A stretch of 27,298 nt of DNA from a virus (Duplodnaviria; Caudoviricetes): positions 1 through 27,298 of the IMG/VR virus record IMGVR_UViG_3300030098_001574; one strand, written 5' to 3'. The position numbers were made by a program, and so were the translations under genes. Below, in pieces: positions 24,414 through 27,298 of the stretch (the stretch's first letter is position 1; every line of letters begins with the position of its first letter). The notes beneath the pieces are model-generated. The model searched no databases and had not been told where the DNA came from. It saw only the letters and a list, made by a program, of their open reading frames with translations.

Positions 24414-25870
24414 TGCAAGTACCTTTTGGAGAATGGCTGCCAGACTTGCCAGATCATATGAATCCTGGAGCAACACAGGCTAAGAATGTTTATCCTGCTG
24501 TAAATAGTTACAGACCATGGAAAAGTATAACTACAGCTACAGCTAATGCATTAGATAACAGATGCCAAGGAGCTTCATCATTTACATCTGATGCTGGTAA
24601 TGTAACTATCTTTGCTGGTGACTCTAGTAAGTTATACAGGATACTAGCTAACTCAGTTGTAGATGAAAGTGGTGGTGTTAGTTATAATACTGCTGAAAAT
24701 GGTTATTGGGATTTTGTAAAGTTTGGAGAAAGTGTTATAGCTTTTAATGGTGTAGATGCACCTAGAACATGGTCACTAGATACATCAACAGATTTTGCTG
24801 CACTTGGAGGTTCACCTCCTACATTTAGACATGCAGCAGTTGTAAACAATTTTGTTGTTACTGGATTTCAACCAACAGCACAAAACAAAGTACAATGGTC
24901 AGCAGTTAATGATGCTACATCATGGACATCAGGAACTAACCAAGCTGATTCAGAAACTTTACCTGAAGGCGGAGTTGTTACTGGTGTAACAGGTGGACAG
25001 TTTGGATTAATATTTCAAGAGAATAGAATTACCAGAATGGACTACAGAGGTGGTAATGTTATATTTTCTTTTAGAAGGATTGAAGATAACATAGGAGCTG
25101 TGCAAGGTAAGACAGTAATTAAAGTTGGAAACCTTGTATACTTTTTATCTGAAGATGGCTTTAGAGTTACAGATGGTAATACATCTAAACCTATTGGTAA
25201 TGGTAAAGTAGATCGTTTCTTTAAAGATGATTTACGATTTGCACATAGAGAAAGAGTTAAAGCAGCAGTTGATTATAAAAACAAATTAGTATGCTGGTCA
25301 TATCCATCTACTGCATCAGGAGTTACTGATAAAATTATAGTTTACAATTATGAAACTTCTAGATGGTCTATTGTAGAACTATCACATGAAATGATATTTA
25401 ACTACATATCGCCTGGCTATTCTGTAGATGACTTAGATGATTATCCATCATCAGGTTCAAATAACTTAGATGCAATCAATGTACCACTTGATAGTGATAT
25501 ATTTGTTGGAGGACTAAGATCATTTGGCGTGTTTGATACTACACATAAGTTTGGTACATTTGAAGGTACACCATTAGCTTGTGAAATAGGTACAGGTGAA
25601 ACAGAAATATTTCCACAGAATAGATCATTGATTACACATGTAAGACCTATTGTTGATACTACATCAGCTACTGGTTCTATTACATTTAGAAATAGAGTAG
25701 GTGATTCACAATCTACTACATCTCCTGTTGCAACTATGCACTCAACAGGTACAATACCATTTCATAAAAGTGCAAGATATTTTAAATTCAATATGCAAAT
25801 AGCAGCAACTACATCTTGGAATGATGCGCAAGGTATAGATGTTGAAGCAATAAAAGAAGGTTATAGATAA
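24413..25870 (+). CDS. Tail nozzle / DNA stabilisation protein (tail tubular protein B, P22 gp10-like)
   Basis: FGEWLPD N-terminus, beta-propeller-like repeats, VQWSA, VYFLSEDGF; follows the adaptor. Confidence 0.8.
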   Translation: MQVPFGEWLPDLPDHMNPGATQAKNVYPAVNSYRPWKSITTATANALDNRCQGASSFTSDAGNVTIFAGDSSKLYRILANSVVDESGGVSYNTAENGYWDFVKFGESVIAFNGVDAPRTWSLDTSTDFAALGGSPPTFRHAAVVNNFVVTGFQPTAQNKVQWSAVNDATSWTSGTNQADSETLPEGGVVTGVTGGQFGLIFQENRITRMDYRGGNVIFSFRRIEDNIGAVQGKTVIKVGNLVYFLSEDGFRVTDGNTSKPIGNGKVDRFFKDDLRFAHRERVKAAVDYKNKLVCWSYPSTASGVTDKIIVYNYETSRWSIVELSHEMIFNYISPGYSVDDLDDYPSSGSNNLDAINVPLDSDIFVGGLRSFGVFDTTHKFGTFEGTPLACEIGTGETEIFPQNRSLITHVRPIVDTTSATGSITFRNRVGDSQSTTSPVATMHSTGTIPFHKSARYFKFNMQIAATTSWNDAQGIDVEAIKEGYR

Positions 25871-27135
25871 TGTCACAATTTGATGATTTAGTAGCAAAGT
25901 ATAGAAACTTAAATTATGGAACCTTACAAGGTCAAAACCCATCATCAGTAAATAGTTTACTCGATGATTATAATGATAGAAAATTTTTTACTACACATTC
26001 AGATGGTATGGGTAATAGATTTGTTAGAGATGAATTTGGCCGCTTACAATTTAGTACACCTGAAATGGGATTATTATCTGATGGTACTGGTTATGCTACT
26101 TATGATCCTTACTTTGATTATGGTGATCCTGGTTATGCAGCTGAATTCCAACCTAATGAAGATTTCTTAGTAGATGGACAAACTGTAAGACCTGATCGTG
26201 GTGGTGGCAGAGATCCAGGATATTATACTTTCCAAGGTGGTGATGTTCCTTTAAATGAATTAGACCTATCCTCTTTTAAACTAACTGATCTACCTTTAAT
26301 AGGTTTACTTACTGGTTTGTTTAGTGGAGATAAAACACAAGATGAAATAGATGCCTTTAATGAAGCGACTGCATCTGGTAATTATAGCACTGGTTTAGAA
26401 TCTGTTTTGAGTCAAGGTAACCAATTAAATAATTTTGGACCATTAGGAATAAGTGGAACAGTTATGAATACTCAACCTGATGGTTCTGGAGATACCTTTG
26501 TTGGTGACCCTGCTACAGGACAAGGTTATTCACAAACTACTCCTCAAGATGTAGGCGCAGTTCCATCTGCTGTATTTGGTCAAGTTCAAACAAACGCTCA
26601 AGGAGACACATTCTATGGTGGACCATCAGGTAACAACCAAGGTGGAAACCAAGGTGGTAACCAACCAGGAGCAGGAAGTTCAGCAACAGGTGCTTCTATG
26701 GGTATGGGTGCAGGTGGACCAAATTATTGTTTTGATCCTGATACGTTAATACAAATGGAAGACGGATCTGAAAAGAAAATTAAAGAAGTACAAATAGGAG
26801 ACAAGACATTAGGTGGAGAAGTCACTGGTGTAGTTCAATTTAAACCAAATGATGAAATACATAACTATAAGGGAGTTATTGTAGCAGGTAGTCACTTTGT
26901 AAAAGAAGATGGTAAATTTATACCTGTAGCTGATAGTCCACATTCTTATAAAATAGATATCATACCTGTTGTTTATTCATTAGACACAACTGATAGAAGA
27001 ATATGGATTAATGATATTGAGTTTGCTGACTTTAACGGTGATGGTTTTGCTAAACTATTCTTAAACAATATTGGAGCAGATCTTACTGGGTTTGAACAAG
27101 AAGTGTTAAGACAAGTAGAAAACAAATTAATGTAA
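25870..27135 (+). CDS. Putative virion protein with C-terminal Hint (Hedgehog/intein) domain
   Basis: Gly/Asn/Gln linker, then CFDPDTLIQMEDGSEKKIKEVQIGD (block A, Cys at 26728), VAGSH (block B), VYSLDT...IWINDIEFADF. Confidence 0.85.
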   Translation: MSQFDDLVAKYRNLNYGTLQGQNPSSVNSLLDDYNDRKFFTTHSDGMGNRFVRDEFGRLQFSTPEMGLLSDGTGYATYDPYFDYGDPGYAAEFQPNEDFLVDGQTVRPDRGGGRDPGYYTFQGGDVPLNELDLSSFKLTDLPLIGLLTGLFSGDKTQDEIDAFNEATASGNYSTGLESVLSQGNQLNNFGPLGISGTVMNTQPDGSGDTFVGDPATGQGYSQTTPQDVGAVPSAVFGQVQTNAQGDTFYGGPSGNNQGGNQGGNQPGAGSSATGASMGMGAGGPNYCFDPDTLIQMEDGSEKKIKEVQIGDKTLGGEVTGVVQFKPNDEIHNYKGVIVAGSHFVKEDGKFIPVADSPHSYKIDIIPVVYSLDTTDRRIWINDIEFADFNGDGFAKLFLNNIGADLTGFEQEVLRQVENKLM

Positions 27136-27281
27136 TGGCTAGTAAACAAAACTTAGAATATATCTATCAGTATGTTGATAGCCAAGAAGACTTTCAACGA
27201 ATAGTAGAAGATATAACTAATCAATTAATTACGTATCATAATACTGAGAATCAAGAGGTAGCAGCATGGTTTCTTGCGTAA
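27135..27281 (+). CDS. Small protein (48 aa), not in track
   Basis: TAATG coupling; MASKQNLEYIYQY...NQEVAAWFLA*. Confidence 0.7.
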   Translation: MASKQNLEYIYQYVDSQEDFQRIVEDITNQLITYHNTENQEVAAWFLA

Positions 27282-27298
27282 ACTGTGAACATCATTGT
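27266..27298 (+). CDS. Start of a Cys/His-rich micro-protein (3' truncated)
   Basis: GAGG SD; MVSCVNCEHHC... runs off the window. Confidence 0.45.
   Translation, partial: MVSCVNCEHHC

Noticed and set aside
2650-26170. Other short alternative-frame or antisense track ORFs (e.g. 2650, 3991, 6159, 6501, 7290, 9439, 9756, 10841, 11263, 11306, 14362, 15346, 15889, 18085, 18506, 19391, 20454, 25742, 25964)
   Set aside because: They overlap better-supported genes or structured elements and lack SD sequences and recognisable motifs.
26728-27135. Canonical splicing intein or homing element
   Set aside because: No terminal His-Asn plus Cys/Ser/Thr junction, no endonuclease domain and only a short C-terminal tail.
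1-27298. tRNA, tmRNA, integrase/att site, alternative genetic code
   Set aside because: No cloverleaf with a T-loop found by eye and no recombinase; genes read through intact under the standard code with TAA, TAG and TGA all used as stops.

Overview
AT-rich fragment of a tailed dsDNA phage genome with podovirus-type head, portal, adaptor and nozzle genes. Gene style suggests a marine alphaproteobacterial (pelagiphage-like) virus; the host is inferred, not shown. Layout: (i) 1-2922 (+) metallophosphoesterase, TSCPD-like protein, T7-lysozyme-like amidase, holin-like and small membrane proteins; (ii) 2919-5005 (-) exonuclease/SSB-like block; (iii) 5041-6405 (+) regulator, HNH-like nuclease and HExxH block; (iv) 6619-11993 (-) about 20 small early-type genes separated by stem-loops; (v) 12000-13150 a GC-enriched non-coding region densely packed with hairpins, ending in a sigma70-like promoter; (vi) 13152-27298 (+) basic micro-proteins, TerS, TerL, portal, scaffold, major capsid, repeat-containing fibre, adaptor, nozzle and a Hint-domain protein. 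No integrase, polymerase, primase, helicase, tRNA or CRISPR array was seen. Best leads: an ~800-nt multi-domain fold whose loops resemble ssDNA mini-hairpins, a late-leader hairpin whose loop is antisense to the ribosome-binding motif shared by the minus-strand genes, a non-repetitive five-hairpin array, and a Hedgehog-like Hint domain on a putative virion protein. All family assignments come from motif recognition by eye, not database searches.
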